A stretch of DNA of 32,000 bases from Vibrio vulnificus CMCP6 (GTDB taxonomy: Bacteria > Pseudomonadota > Gammaproteobacteria > Enterobacterales > Vibrionaceae). The notes under the pieces are model-generated. The model was given only the letters and a program-made list of their open reading frames with translations, was not told where the DNA came from and did not search any database. Each line of letters begins with the position of its first letter. Positions within the stretch are counted from its first letter, which is position 1. Made by a program: the position numbers and the translations under genes. Shown here in pieces: positions 10,590 through 20,910 of this stretch. The stretch spans positions 1,320,001-1,352,000 of the forward strand of contig NC_004459.3 of assembly GCF_000039765.1 (NCBI RefSeq), written 5' to 3'.

Positions 10590-11597
10590 TTAAAGAATGA
10601 TCGCTTTCACTTCGTCATCTTTGCGCTCAAGATAATGAATCGACTTGATACGACGAATTGTTCGACAACGGCCACGAATCAGCAATGTTTCAGTGGTTGC
10701 AATATTGCCTTGACGGCTGATGCCTTCAAGTAGATCGCCTTTAGTGATGCCTGTTGCGGAGAAAATGACGTTATCACTGCGTGCCATGTCTTCCAGTTTT
10801 AGCACTTTGTTCGCTTCCACGCCCATTTCAGCGCAGCGCTCGAGCTCGAAATCCGCAAACTTGCGGTTTTCTTCGTTATCGCCTTTTACTTCGTTACGGG
10901 GTAAAAGACGACCATGCATGTCGCCATCCAATGCGCGAATGACGGCCGCTGAGACAACCCCTTCAGGTGCACCACCAATACAGTACATCACGTCAACTTC
11001 ACTGTCTGGCATGCAGGTAAGAATCGAAGCGGCCACATCACCATCCGGCACAGCGAAAACACGAACACCCATGCGTTGCATCTCGGCGATCACCTCATCA
11101 TGACGAGGCTTTGCAAGGGTAATCACCACCAAGGTATCAAGCGTTTTTCCAAGCGCTTGTGCGATGTTCACGAGGTTTTCTTTAAGTGGCTTGTTGAGAT
11201 CGATCACTCCTTTTGCACCAGGGCCAACCACCAGTTTTTCCATGTACATATCCGGTGCTTTTAAAAAGCTCCCTTTTTCACCGGCAGCCAGTACCGCAAG
11301 AGCGTTTGATTGGCCCATCGCGGTCATGCGCGTCCCTTCGATTGGATCGACCGCGATATCCACTTCATCACCACCTAGGCCAACATTTTCGCCAATGTAA
11401 AGCATCGGGGCATCGTCGATTTCACCTTCACCAATAACAATTTCGCCACTGATGTCGGTTTTATTCAGCAGGGTGCGCATGACTTCTACTGCAGCGCCAT
11501 CCGCCGCGTTTTTGTCACCACGGCCTAGCCATTTATAACCCGCTAGAGCAGCGCCTTCTGTGACGCGGGAAAAGGCCATCGCTAAATCGCGTTTCAT
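10590..11597 (-). CDS. glpX: Class II fructose-1,6-bisphosphatase
   Basis: 335 aa: MKRDLAMAFSRVTEGAALAGYKWLGRGDKNAADGAAVEVMRTLLN...GEIDDAPMLYIGE... Confidence 0.96.
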   Translation of the reverse strand: MKRDLAMAFSRVTEGAALAGYKWLGRGDKNAADGAAVEVMRTLLNKTDISGEIVIGEGEIDDAPMLYIGENVGLGGDEVDIAVDPIEGTRMTAMGQSNALAVLAAGEKGSFLKAPDMYMEKLVVGPGAKGVIDLNKPLKENLVNIAQALGKTLDTLVVITLAKPRHDEVIAEMQRMGVRVFAVPDGDVAASILTCMPDSEVDVMYCIGGAPEGVVSAAVIRALDGDMHGRLLPRNEVKGDNEENRKFADFELERCAEMGVEANKVLKLEDMARSDNVIFSATGITKGDLLEGISRQGNIATTETLLIRGRCRTIRRIKSIHYLERKDDEVKAIIL

Positions 11598-11702
11598 GTT
11601 GTCTCCAAAAAAGTGTTAAATCGAAGGAAGAGTAAAATTGCCGCGATTCTAGCACAAAATGTAGGGAAAACGTTTGCTAAATTCGGTTTAAAGGCGAAAA
11701 TC

Positions 11703-11744
11703 GAGGTGCGAGGTGCGAGGTGCGAGGTGCGAGGTGCGAGGTGC
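11703..11744. repeat. Tandem heptanucleotide repeat, six perfect copies of GAGGTGC (plus partial GAGG)
   Basis: Direct reading of 11703-11748: (GAGGTGC)x6 then GAGG. Confidence 0.97.
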
Positions 11745-11813
11745 GAGGCCCAAGGCATAAACGCTCTTAGGGCCTCGTATGTGGTGTCTAGGTTTTTCCC
11801 TAGAAGCGGAGAA

Positions 11814-12056
11814 TTACTCGACGTCTTCCATTTTGCCAAGAAGCGCGCGAATGCGTTCTTGCCATTGAGCATGCTCTTGTTGAGTTTGCTGCGCTTTTTG
11901 CTCAAGTTGTTCACGTTGAGCGCGTAGTTCATTCGCTTCCGTTTCCAACTTAGCTTTGTCTTCTTTAAGCTCGTCTACTTCCATTTGTAGCAAAGCGATA
12001 GTATCGACAGCGGTCTGAATTTTAGCTTCTAGTTTTTCTAATACTTCAAAAGACAT
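11814..12056 (-). CDS. zapB: Cell division protein ZapB
   Basis: 80 aa coiled-coil [35 protein letters not shown]...; adjacent to glpX and rraA. Confidence 0.93.
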   Translation of the reverse strand: MSFEVLEKLEAKIQTAVDTIALLQMEVDELKEDKAKLETEANELRAQREQLEQKAQQTQQEHAQWQERIRALLGKMEDVE

Positions 12057-12245
12057 CTTGGCCTACCTATATTGATTCGGTTACGAGTGTAGCCCTTGCT
12101 ACTACTCAAGTCTGTTAGCCTCATTCTACTCAGCACAAGGCCGAGAAACACGCCCTATATTGAATAATTTGCATCATTCGGTCAAAAAAACAGCGCATCT
12201 TTACGCCGCGCTGACTTTTGCTCTGTTTTGACTGCTTGCTCAATA

Positions 12246-12274
12246 GAAAAAAGCGTCAAAGTGACGCTTTTTTC
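12246..12274. terminator. Rho-independent terminator downstream of rraA
   Basis: GAAAAAAGCGTCA-AAG-TGACGCTTTTTTC, 13-bp perfect stem. Confidence 0.85.
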
Positions 12275-12277
12275 TCT

Positions 12278-12799
12278 TTAATCGAGCAGCTCTGGCTCTT
12301 CTTCATCTTCTTCAAGATCGGCACTGAGAGGCTCTTGGGAGAGAATGATGCCCGTTGTATCTGCATAGAGGTAGTCTTCTGGAAGGAAGGTCACCCCACC
12401 AAAATTGACGGGAACATCCACTTCGCCAACACCCTGCATGGCAGCACCCACTGGAATAGAGGCTAAAGCTTGAATGCCGATATTCATATCTTCCAGCTCG
12501 TCCACTTCACGCACACAGCCGTAGACAACGATGCCTTCCCATTCGTTCTCTTCCGCTATCGCGGCAAGTTCGCCGTCAAGTAATGCTCGGCGCAATGAAC
12601 CACCACCATCAACCAAAAGTACACGGCCAACACCATCTTGTTCCAGCGTTTCTCGAATGAGGGCATTGTCCTCAAAACACTTGACTGTGGTGATTTGTCC
12701 GGCAAAGGAAGCGCGGCCACCAAAGTTACTGAACATAGGCTCGACTACATCCACTTGGTCCATATAGATATCGCAAAGGGCTGAAGTGTTGTATTCCAT
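12278..12799 (-). CDS. rraA: Regulator of ribonuclease activity A
   Basis: 173 aa: [50 protein letters not shown]... Confidence 0.95.
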   Translation of the reverse strand: MEYNTSALCDIYMDQVDVVEPMFSNFGGRASFAGQITTVKCFEDNALIRETLEQDGVGRVLLVDGGGSLRRALLDGELAAIAEENEWEGIVVYGCVREVDELEDMNIGIQALASIPVGAAMQGVGEVDVPVNFGGVTFLPEDYLYADTTGIILSQEPLSADLEEDEEEPELLD

Positions 12800-12874
12800 G
12801 GCATACCTTCTTTGGTCAACGAGATTTCTTTTGAGTATATCCGTGCATTAAGTCATTGCAATGACAATTAATGA

Positions 12875-13792
12875 TTAACTAACAAGAGTTTGAGCTACCA
12901 CAACAGTTGCAAACAAAATATTGGTGACGAGTGAGCATTTCACGACGACTGGCATCATAGGGGCAATTTGTGCAGGTTTCTCAGTTTGCCAAACGGCTTT
13001 ACCATGATTAAAGAGCACTATTAGGCTGAATAAAAATGGCAGACAGAGCCAAATGGAGCTAGGTTGCAGCAACAAGTAACTTGCAAAGGCCATTAAGGCG
13101 CCACCGAGTAAAGCGAAATGGTACTGTTTAGCACGTTGTTGCCCAAGTCGTACGGCAACGGTGCGTTTGCCACAGGCCGCATCATTCTCAATATCACGCA
13201 TGTTGTTGATATTGAGCACGGCAACAGCCAATAATCCACATCCCAAAGAAGGCAGCAGCAGTGCGGTATCTAAGTGGCCAGTGTGGAGAAAGTAAGTGCC
13301 CGATACACCCAGTAAACCAAAGAAAATAAACACAGACAGATCACCCAGCCCAACATAGCCGTATGGCTTGCTACCCATGGTATAAGCAATGGCGGCAAAG
13401 ATGGCCAATACACCGAGACCAATAAACGCAAGAATACTTTGCAGGCTGCTCAATGCGTAAAACACCAGACACAAACCGGAGATCATGGTCAAAATAATAT
13501 TAAACACAATGGCTCGTTTCATCGCTTGAGCAGAAACCGCACCAGACTGCATGGCGCGCATTGGCCCTAATCGTTTGTCGTTATCAGTTCCTTTCACGGC
13601 ATCGCCATAATCGTTTGCTAAGTTAGAAAGGATTTGTAATAGCGTTGCGGTAACAAAGGAGAGTAACGCGATCACAGGTGAAAATTGACCGAATGAATAG
13701 GCTAATACGCTGCCAGTTAAAATGGAAACAAGCGCTAAAGGAAGTGTTTTCGGACGAGCGGCATCCAGCCAGATACGCAATGACTGATTCAT
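12875..13792 (-). CDS. menA: 1,4-dihydroxy-2-naphthoate polyprenyltransferase
   Basis: 305 aa UbiA-family membrane protein with NDYGDAVKGTDNDKR motif; position between rraA and hslU. Confidence 0.93.
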   Translation of the reverse strand: MNQSLRIWLDAARPKTLPLALVSILTGSVLAYSFGQFSPVIALLSFVTATLLQILSNLANDYGDAVKGTDNDKRLGPMRAMQSGAVSAQAMKRAIVFNIILTMISGLCLVFYALSSLQSILAFIGLGVLAIFAAIAYTMGSKPYGYVGLGDLSVFIFFGLLGVSGTYFLHTGHLDTALLLPSLGCGLLAVAVLNINNMRDIENDAACGKRTVAVRLGQQRAKQYHFALLGGALMAFASYLLLQPSSIWLCLPFLFSLIVLFNHGKAVWQTEKPAQIAPMMPVVVKCSLVTNILFATVVVAQTLVS

Positions 13793-13913
13793 GAATTTTT
13801 CGTGCTAGTAAATAGAATCGTCAGTATACGAAGAAAAGCGCACTGAAGAAAGGTTAGCTTAAGGGAGCGCAATACGGCTAAATGCAAAGACGCTAGGTGA
13901 GAAGAGGAAGAAA

Positions 13914-13943
13914 AAGGGCGAGAGAAATAATGCTCTCGCCCTT
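13914..13943 (-). terminator. Terminator downstream of hslVU
   Basis: 11-bp perfect stem AAGGGCGAGAG/CTCTCGCCCTT, followed on the minus strand by TTTTCTTCC. Confidence 0.8.
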
Positions 13944-13957
13944 GCTACTCAAGAGGA

Positions 13958-15289
13958 TTACAGGATGAAACGGCTTAAGTCTTCATCTTCGACAAATTCG
14001 CCGAGACGTTGCTGCACGTACGCTGCATCAATCACAAACTTGGTGCCTGATTTTTCCGTTGCATCGAATGAGATTTCATCCATTAGGCGTTCCATCACAG
14101 TATGTAGACGGCGAGCGCCAATGTTTTCAGTAGTTTCATTCACGGTCCAGGCAGCTTCTGCAATTTGCGTGATGCCGTCTTCCGTAAATTCGATATCCAC
14201 ATCTTCTGTCTTCATCAGAGCGACATATTGCTCTGTAAGTGATGCTCTTGGCTCGGTCAGAATACGCTTGAAATCGTGGCTTGAAAGCGCCTCAAGTTCA
14301 ACACGGATCGGCAGTCGACCTTGCAGTTCAGGAATCAGGTCAGAAGGCTTAGCAACTTGGAAAGCACCAGAGGCAATAAACAGAATATGGTCGGTCTTTA
14401 CCATACCGTGCTTGGTGGAGACAGTACTGCCTTCGATAAGAGGCAACAAGTCACGTTGTACCCCTTCTCGAGACACATCAGGGCCTGAACTCTCGCCGCG
14501 TTTACAGATTTTATCGATCTCATCGATAAACACGATGCCATTATTTTCTACACTGTAGATGGCTTGCTCTTTAAGTTCATCTTGATTGACCAGCTTAGCG
14601 GCTTCTTCTTCAATCAGTGCTTTAAAGGCGTCTTTGATTTTCAATTTGCGCTTTTTACTGGTGTTGCCAGCTAGGCTCTGGAACATCCCTTGTAGCTGGT
14701 TAGTCATCTCTTCCATACCAGGAGGTGCCATGATTTCCACGCCCATCTGTGGCGCTGCGACATTGATTTCAATTTCTTTGTCGTCGAGCTTTCCTTCACG
14801 CAGTTTTTTACGGAAGATTTGGCGAGTGTTCGAGGTATCTTCGCTTTGCTCGTTCTGGCCCCAAGCATCGCGAGGTGGTGGTAGGAGCGCATCAAGGATT
14901 CGTTCTTCCGCGAGCTCTTCTGCACGGAATTTGACTTTTTCCATCGCTTGCTGATGAGTCAGCTTTACTGCCACGTCAGTCAGATCGCGAATAATGCTTT
15001 CCACTTCTTTACCCACATAACCCACTTCGGTGAATTTGGTGGCTTCCACTTTTATGAAAGGTGCGTTGGCCAACTTCGCAAGACGACGAGCGATTTCGGT
15101 TTTACCAACCCCAGTTGGGCCGATCATCAGAATATTCTTTGGCGTGACTTCTACGCGCAAGCTTTCTTCAAGTTGCATTCGACGCCAGCGATTACGTAGT
15201 GCAATTGCCACAGAGCGTTTTGCATTGTCTTGACCAATGATGTGTCGATTCAGTTCATGGACAATTTCACGAGGAGTCATTTCAGACAT
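13958..15289 (-). CDS. hslU: HslU ATPase subunit of HslUV protease
   Basis: 443 aa from ATG 15289 ([37 protein letters not shown]...[13 protein letters not shown]...). Confidence 0.98.
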
Positions 15290-15316
15290 AATCATTCCTT
15301 ACAATCTGTGGGCGAA

Positions 15317-15871
15317 TTAAGCTTGGCTGAGATTTGGCAATTCTGCTGGGATCTCGAGCTCTTCGATGGTGTGGTTGTGGTTGGTAAACACACAAATATC
15401 ACCCGCAATGTTCAATGCTTTTTCTGCGATTTCGCGTGCATCGAGTTCGGTATTTTCCAATAAAGCGGTCGCGGCTGCTTGTGCATACGCCCCTCCAGAC
15501 CCAATCGCGATCAAATCGTTTTCTGGCTGTACCACGTCGCCATTGCCTGTGATGATCAATGACGCCGTTTCGTCTGCCACGGCCAATAATGCTTCAAGTT
15601 TACGTAATGCACGATCGCTGCGCCAATCTTTCGCCAGTTCAACGGCCGCTTTAGTTAGGTGGCCTTGATGCATCTGCAGCTTACTTTCGAAGCGTTCAAA
15701 TAGAGTAAACGCATCCGCCGTGCCGCCAGCAAAGCCAGCCAGAACTTTGTTGTTATATAAACGGCGAACTTTACGCGCATTGCCTTTCATTACCGTGTTA
15801 CCCAGAGATACTTGTCCATCCCCGGCGATGACGACTTTATTGTTACGACGTACAGAAACGATGGTAGTCAC
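15317..15871 (-). CDS. hslV: HslV peptidase subunit of HslUV protease
   Basis: 184 aa: [50 protein letters not shown]... Confidence 0.98.
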   Translation of the reverse strand: MTTIVSVRRNNKVVIAGDGQVSLGNTVMKGNARKVRRLYNNKVLAGFAGGTADAFTLFERFESKLQMHQGHLTKAAVELAKDWRSDRALRKLEALLAVADETASLIITGNGDVVQPENDLIAIGSGGAYAQAAATALLENTELDAREIAEKALNIAGDICVFTNHNHTIEELEIPAELPNLSQA

Positions 15872-15912
15872 GAGTAGGCCTCTTGATTCTTTTCTATATG
15901 GAGTTGATCCCT

Positions 15913-15941
15913 ATATGGGGGAGGGTAAAAAAGAAATCAAG
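15913..15941 (-). promoter_or_regulatory. Putative sigma-32 (RpoH) heat-shock promoter of hslVU
   Basis: Minus strand reads CTTGATT-14 nt-CCCCATAT; consensus CTTGAAA-N13-15-CCCCATNT; about 42 nt upstream of the hslV ATG. Confidence 0.8.
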
Positions 15942-16022
15942 GCTCAAGGTTTGGAATGGAAGGTTAGGGGGGGAAAGGGATGCAAAGAAAAGGGGCGAAT
16001 TACAAGCCCCTTTGGATGAGAA

Positions 16023-16565
16023 TTATTGTTCTTCTTGCCAGATGGCACACGGTTCAATTTTGGCGCGTTGCAATTTATGGCGATCGCGTTCAGCGTCACG
16101 TTTTAGCTTATATGGTCCTAAGACCACACGATACCAATCACTGCCTTCTTTCTTTTTGACGGTACTGGTAATACCTTGAAAAGCGATGTCGAGTTTACGA
16201 TGTTCCGCTTGTTCACGCTTTTTGTAGGCGCCACACTGCATAATGTAAGGAATCTTAGGCACTTCTTGTTCTTTGGCCACCACTTCGATTTCTCGATTTG
16301 GTAAGCTTTCAACGTATTGCCATTTTTCTTCTGGTGGAGGTGGCAGTTCTTTTTTCGCCGGCGGTTTAGGTTTGCTCACCGGTTTGTTTTCTGCAACGGG
16401 TGTTGGCGGCTCTGGGTCATTGCTGAGGGTATACAAACCATAGCCAAAACCACCCAGTAGCACGATGGCTAACAGGCCGGCAAGCCAAGGTTTTTTTCTA
16501 CGAGGAGCTGCTTTTTTGGTCGGCTTTTTAGGACTACGACCACGTCTTACATAATCTTTAGCCAC
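16023..16565 (-). CDS. ftsN: Cell division protein FtsN
   Basis: Likely GTG start at 16565 (VAKDYVRRGRSPKKPTKKAAPRRKKPWLAGLLAIVLLGGFGYGLY...); TM helix, Pro/Lys-rich linker, C-terminal SPOR domain; next to cytR. Confidence 0.88.
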   Translation of the reverse strand: MAKDYVRRGRSPKKPTKKAAPRRKKPWLAGLLAIVLLGGFGYGLYTLSNDPEPPTPVAENKPVSKPKPPAKKELPPPPEEKWQYVESLPNREIEVVAKEQEVPKIPYIMQCGAYKKREQAEHRKLDIAFQGITSTVKKKEGSDWYRVVLGPYKLKRDAERDRHKLQRAKIEPCAIWQEEQ

Positions 16566-16649
16566 GGAAAATACAAACAATTGTTATGCTAGCCCGCTAT
16601 GGTAATGCAGAATGCCAAGCGTTAACAGGGAAACGTCGCAGAAAAGGAA

Positions 16650-16671
16650 GCGAGGCTGCAAATAACCTCGC
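16650..16671 (-). terminator. Probable terminator downstream of cytR
   Basis: GCGAGG-N10-CCTCGC followed on the minus strand by TTCCTTTTCT. Confidence 0.65.
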
Positions 16672-16689
16672 TGCCGGTTGGTTTTGGTT

Positions 16690-17697
16690 TTAGCGTAAGC
16701 CCGGAGGCGCTGCGCTACCACGAACCACCAATTTGGTTTCAAGTAAGCGTGAGCCACTGTGAATGTCATGTCCTTTCAGCAGCTCTAACATCATCAGCAT
16801 CGCTTGACGACCAATCTCATAGCGTGGCTGTGAGATGGTGGTTAGTGGAGGATCGCAATATTGGGCAAACTGAATGTCATCGAAGCCGACAATCGACAGA
16901 TCTTGCGGTACTCGGAAGCCCAATTTTTTCGCTTCTTGAATCGCCCCGATAGCCATGGTGTCACAATGGCAGAAAACGGCAGTTGGCGCGTCATTCATTT
17001 CTAGCAGATGACGGATCGCTTTCGCCCCACCTTCAAAAGAGAACTCAGACTCAACACAGTATTGTGGGTTCATTGTGATGCCTGCACGGCGCAAAGCTTG
17101 TTGATAGCCTTGTTGTCTAAACTGACAAAGTGCTGCGGATTTTGGCCCTGAAATTTGGGCGATGCGTTTGTGGCCCAATTGGGTCAGGTAGTTCACCGCT
17201 TCAAATGCTGAGGTCAAGTTATCGATATGAACCGTCGGCAGTTCGAGATCGGGGGCGAACTCGCAAGCCATGACCATCGGAGGAAGATTTTTCTGTTCTG
17301 GCTTGCTCACATCAAACGGTAAGTCGGTACCGAGCAACAGCATACCATCCGCTTGCTTGGTAAAAACGAGATTGACGAGTGAGCTTTCACGGCGCTTTTG
17401 TTGGCCGCTGTCACCGAGTAGAACCAAATATCCCTGTTCAATGGCGGCATCTTCAATGCCACGAATGATCTCTGTGTAGTAAGGATCACAAATGTCAGGA
17501 ACGATCGCGACGATAGTGCGTGACTCGTTGCGGCGTAAATTGCGTGCCAGCGAGTTTGGGGAATAACCAGCTTCCAACACTGCATCTTCCACACGCTTAC
17601 GCGTTGTGGCGGATACTTTGTCTGGATTCATCAGCGCTCTCGAAACCGTTGCCGTTGAAACTCCTGCAAGCTGGGCAACATCCTTCATTGTCGCCAT
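16690..17697 (-). CDS. cytR: LacI-family transcriptional repressor CytR
   Basis: 335 aa: MATMKDVAQLAGVSTATVSRALMNPDKVSATTRKRVEDAVLEAGY...; located between ftsN and priA. Confidence 0.93.
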   Translation of the reverse strand: MATMKDVAQLAGVSTATVSRALMNPDKVSATTRKRVEDAVLEAGYSPNSLARNLRRNESRTIVAIVPDICDPYYTEIIRGIEDAAIEQGYLVLLGDSGQQKRRESSLVNLVFTKQADGMLLLGTDLPFDVSKPEQKNLPPMVMACEFAPDLELPTVHIDNLTSAFEAVNYLTQLGHKRIAQISGPKSAALCQFRQQGYQQALRRAGITMNPQYCVESEFSFEGGAKAIRHLLEMNDAPTAVFCHCDTMAIGAIQEAKKLGFRVPQDLSIVGFDDIQFAQYCDPPLTTISQPRYEIGRQAMLMMLELLKGHDIHSGSRLLETKLVVRGSAAPPGLR

Positions 17698-17925
17698 ATA
17701 CTAACCCTCTCAAAATGTTCGCCAATTATGACGTTTAGTTATTGTTCTGATTCGGAAAATAAAATCGAATTATGAGTTGCCTCGTTGTAATTTGAATAGT
17801 CTATTCAATTCTTTATTTAAAGTTACGGGCGAATTAACAAAATCCGCATTTCATTCGTGATGTTCATCACGTAAAGAAGCAAATTGTTGCAATTTTCAAC
17901 GTTAGAGTGAGGTGGTAAACGTTTG

Positions 17926-20145
17926 CTAACTCAGATCCTGTGGCTCAATATCCAAATTCCAACGTACTTTTTTCGCATCTGGTAACAAATCGATAGCAGG
18001 TTTCGTGCTCGAGAGTATTTTCTGCATCAAGGAACGATGTTGAGTTTGAAGCAGAAGCTGCCAGCGGTATTTGCCCGCACGTTTGGCCAGTGGAGCGGGG
18101 GTTGGACCGAGCACGAGACAAGTGTGATCAAACAAGGGATGCGACTCGAGAGTCATACGCACTTGACGTAAGAATGTTTCGACGATTTCGCTGTGATTGG
18201 CTTCTGCGCGAAATAGCGTTAGAAAACTAAACGGGGGAAGTTGGGCAATTTTCCGTTCTTCCAGTGCAGACTGCGCAAAATGCCGGTAATCCTTGGTCAA
18301 CAGAGCTTTGAGCAAGGTGTGTTCTGGATGGTGGGTTTGTAATATCACTTCGCCAGGTTTGCTAGCACGCCCTGCTCGTCCGGCTACTTGAATAAACAAC
18401 TGAGCCAATCGCTCGGACGCTCGGAAGTCACTGCTGTACAGTGACCCATCAACATCCAATAGCGCCACTAACGTCACGTCTGGGAAATGATGGCCTTTAG
18501 CCAGCATTTGCGTGCCAATTAAAATTTGGTATTCCCCTTTGCGAATGGCTTCTAAAGCGCTTTCGAGGCTACCTTTGCGTCGTGTGCTATCGCGGTCGAT
18601 GCGAATTGCTTTGTAGTCAGGAAAGAGGGTCGTTAACTGGTTTTCCAGTTGCTCAGTGCCGACACCAACCGTCACCAGTTGTGTCGAACCACAACCTTGG
18701 CATTGATGGATAATAGGTTGTTGAGAACCACAGTGGTGACAGCGGATTTCATTGCTGTACTGGTGATAAGTGTAATAGGCATCGCAGCGTTTGCATTCGG
18801 CAATCCAACCACATTCATGACACATTAACGCAGGGGAGAAGCCTCGACGGTTGAGAAACAGCATCACCTGATTGCCCGCTTTTAAATGACGACGCATTTC
18901 AGCAATGAGTGGCGCTGATAGGCCGCTTTCCAGATAGAGCCCTTTGACATCCAGCACTTTGTTGGTGGTTGGCACGGCCACTCCTGCTCGTTGGGTTAGC
19001 GAGAGATGATGATATTTGCCCGTAAGTGCGTTGTGTAAGGTTTCTAACGCGGGCGTAGCTGAACCGAGAACAATTGGAATGCCTTCTTTTGCCGCTCGCA
19101 TCACTGCCACATCGCGAGCATGGTAACGCAAGCTATCTTGCTGTTTGTACGAAGCGTCGTGCTCTTCATCGACAATGATGATCCCTAGCTGGGCAAATGG
19201 GATCAGTAGTGCAGAGCGTGTACCAATGACAATGCCCGCCGCTTTATCTCGTGCGGAAAGCCAAGCGTTGAGACGTTCCGTATCATTAAGACCAGAATGG
19301 ATGACGGCGACTGGCACATCAAACCGTTGACGAAAACGATTGATGGTTTGTGGTGTTAAACCAATTTCAGGGACCAACACCAGAGCCTGTTTGCCTTGTT
19401 CCAAAATGGGTTTGATCAAGTTGAGATAAACTTCGGTTTTGCCTGAACCTGTGACCCCTTCCAACAGATAACAGCCAAAGTCTGTCTGGCTGTTAACGGT
19501 CGCAATGGCAATGGCTTGCTCTTGGTTGAGTTTCGGTTTATCGACGGGATGTTCAATCGGGTTACCCCACCGAGTTAACTGTGGCGTTTTTTCTTCACAG
19601 CTGATCCAGCCTTTTTCTTCTAAGGTGCGTAAGGTTGTGGATGCCACTTCCTCATCCAAAAAGGCTTGGTGAGGCTGAGGGCCATTAGCAAGCATATTTA
19701 ATACTTTCGCTTGCTTTATCGCACGACTGTTTAACCCTTGCATCAACTGGTTTTTGCCTAACTCGGTCAGTTGCCATTCTTGTAGAGTGGCAAAGTCAGC
19801 CGCTTTGCCTTTTCTTAGTGCCGCGGGGAGGGCGTTATGCAGTGTTTCACCTAAGGGATATTGGTAAAAGTGGCTACACCAAAGTAATAAACTGTAGACG
19901 GAATCGGGCCAAATAGGACGATGATCCAACACCGCTTTAATGGGTTTAAGTTGCTCGCGTGGAAAGTCTGATTCTTGAACCAAAGCGGTGACAATGCCAG
20001 TCAAGGTTTGTCGTCCAAATGGCACACTCACGCGACCACCAATGATCGGAAAAAGGTGTCCAGGAACGAGATAATCAAATTGTTTATCGAGTGGCACTGG
20101 CAGCGCAACACGAGCAATGGATGGACGCATAACGTGGTGTTTCAT
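17926..20145 (-). CDS. priA: Primosomal protein N' (replication restart helicase PriA); start may be the internal ATG at 20130
   Basis: GVTGSGKTEVYL Walker A, DEEHD Walker B, zinc-binding cysteine clusters CHECGWIAECKRCDAYYTYH / CHHCGSQ...CQGCGS. Confidence 0.97.
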   Translation of the reverse strand: MKHHVMRPSIARVALPVPLDKQFDYLVPGHLFPIIGGRVSVPFGRQTLTGIVTALVQESDFPREQLKPIKAVLDHRPIWPDSVYSLLLWCSHFYQYPLGETLHNALPAALRKGKAADFATLQEWQLTELGKNQLMQGLNSRAIKQAKVLNMLANGPQPHQAFLDEEVASTTLRTLEEKGWISCEEKTPQLTRWGNPIEHPVDKPKLNQEQAIAIATVNSQTDFGCYLLEGVTGSGKTEVYLNLIKPILEQGKQALVLVPEIGLTPQTINRFRQRFDVPVAVIHSGLNDTERLNAWLSARDKAAGIVIGTRSALLIPFAQLGIIIVDEEHDASYKQQDSLRYHARDVAVMRAAKEGIPIVLGSATPALETLHNALTGKYHHLSLTQRAGVAVPTTNKVLDVKGLYLESGLSAPLIAEMRRHLKAGNQVMLFLNRRGFSPALMCHECGWIAECKRCDAYYTYHQYSNEIRCHHCGSQQPIIHQCQGCGSTQLVTVGVGTEQLENQLTTLFPDYKAIRIDRDSTRRKGSLESALEAIRKGEYQILIGTQMLAKGHHFPDVTLVALLDVDGSLYSSDFRASERLAQLFIQVAGRAGRASKPGEVILQTHHPEHTLLKALLTKDYRHFAQSALEERKIAQLPPFSFLTLFRAEANHSEIVETFLRQVRMTLESHPLFDHTCLVLGPTPAPLAKRAGKYRWQLLLQTQHRSLMQKILSSTKPAIDLLPDAKKVRWNLDIEPQDLS

Positions 20146-20410
20146 GGCAAAAATAATGACTTACAGTCTAATGGAAGCGAGGTAGAAATACGAGAAAAGG
20201 GCATGCACGAACAGAGAGAGAAAAACTGTATAAAAAACTAGCGGAAAATCGCGGAAATAGGTTGATTCGAAAGAGACGATTCATTACTATATCGCGCCTT
20301 AAGATATGGCTTTAATTCTGTTTCAGCGGTATCTGAGTTTTATTTTTAACTGCGTGTGGTGTGCGGCAAAGACTCGTATAGCGACACGGCCTACTATTTG
20401 AGGTTATCCC

Positions 20411-20632
20411 ATGAAAGCTGGTATCCATCCAGAATACAAAGCAGTAAACGCAACTTGTTCTTGCGGCAACTCTTTCGTTTTCAACTCTACTCTAGATAAA
20501 GAATCTATCCACCTAGACGTATGTGACAAGTGCCACCCATTCTACACTGGTAAGCAACGTATCGTTGATACAGGCGGCCGTGTTGATCGCTTCAACAAGC
20601 GTTTCGGTGCTCTATCAAGCGGTAAGAAATAA
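20411..20632 (+). CDS. rpmE: 50S ribosomal protein L31 (zinc-ribbon, C+ type)
   Basis: 73 aa: [27 protein letters not shown]...[31 protein letters not shown]. Confidence 0.98.
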   Translation: MKAGIHPEYKAVNATCSCGNSFVFNSTLDKESIHLDVCDKCHPFYTGKQRIVDTGGRVDRFNKRFGALSSGKK

Positions 20633-20656
20633 TAGCGTTAGCTATTGCTGTTTGAG

Positions 20657-20684
20657 AAAAAAGGTCGCTTATGCGGCCTTTTTT
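20657..20684 (+). terminator. Rho-independent terminator of rpmE
   Basis: AAAAAAGGTCGC-TTAT-GCGGCCTTTTTT (one G-T wobble). Confidence 0.85.
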
Positions 20685-20910
20685 GCATTCAGCGTCTAGG
20701 TGACGCTTTCTCTCAAGCACCATCCCTTATGCCATCTGGTCTTACTTCTATCTTATTCACAATTTTTATAGATTTGCCTCGCAATCTTGGCTAGGAAGAT
20801 TGACTTATATCAATTAGAATTTCTCTCTAAATTGAACAAAAAGGCAGAGTTTTTGTTCAAGCTAAAGTGTTCCCCCCTTTACCGTACACGCAAAAAGAGA
20901 ATAACCATTT

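Noticed and set aside
11594-11932. 112-aa minus-strand ORF containing HLAPRTSHLAPRTS repeats, and the matching plus-strand ORF 11613-11927 with ARCEVRGARCE repeats
   Set aside because: The peptide repeats are a by-product of the GAGGTGC DNA repeat. The ORFs overlap zapB, and I see no independent support for translation.
14586-14954. Antisense ORFs across hslU (13965-14558, 14586-14954) and similar shadows over fusA, tuf, glpX, metB, metL and ppc
   Set aside because: They are low-complexity Ser/Arg/Leu-rich translations opposite strongly coding genes, explained by codon bias on the coding strand.
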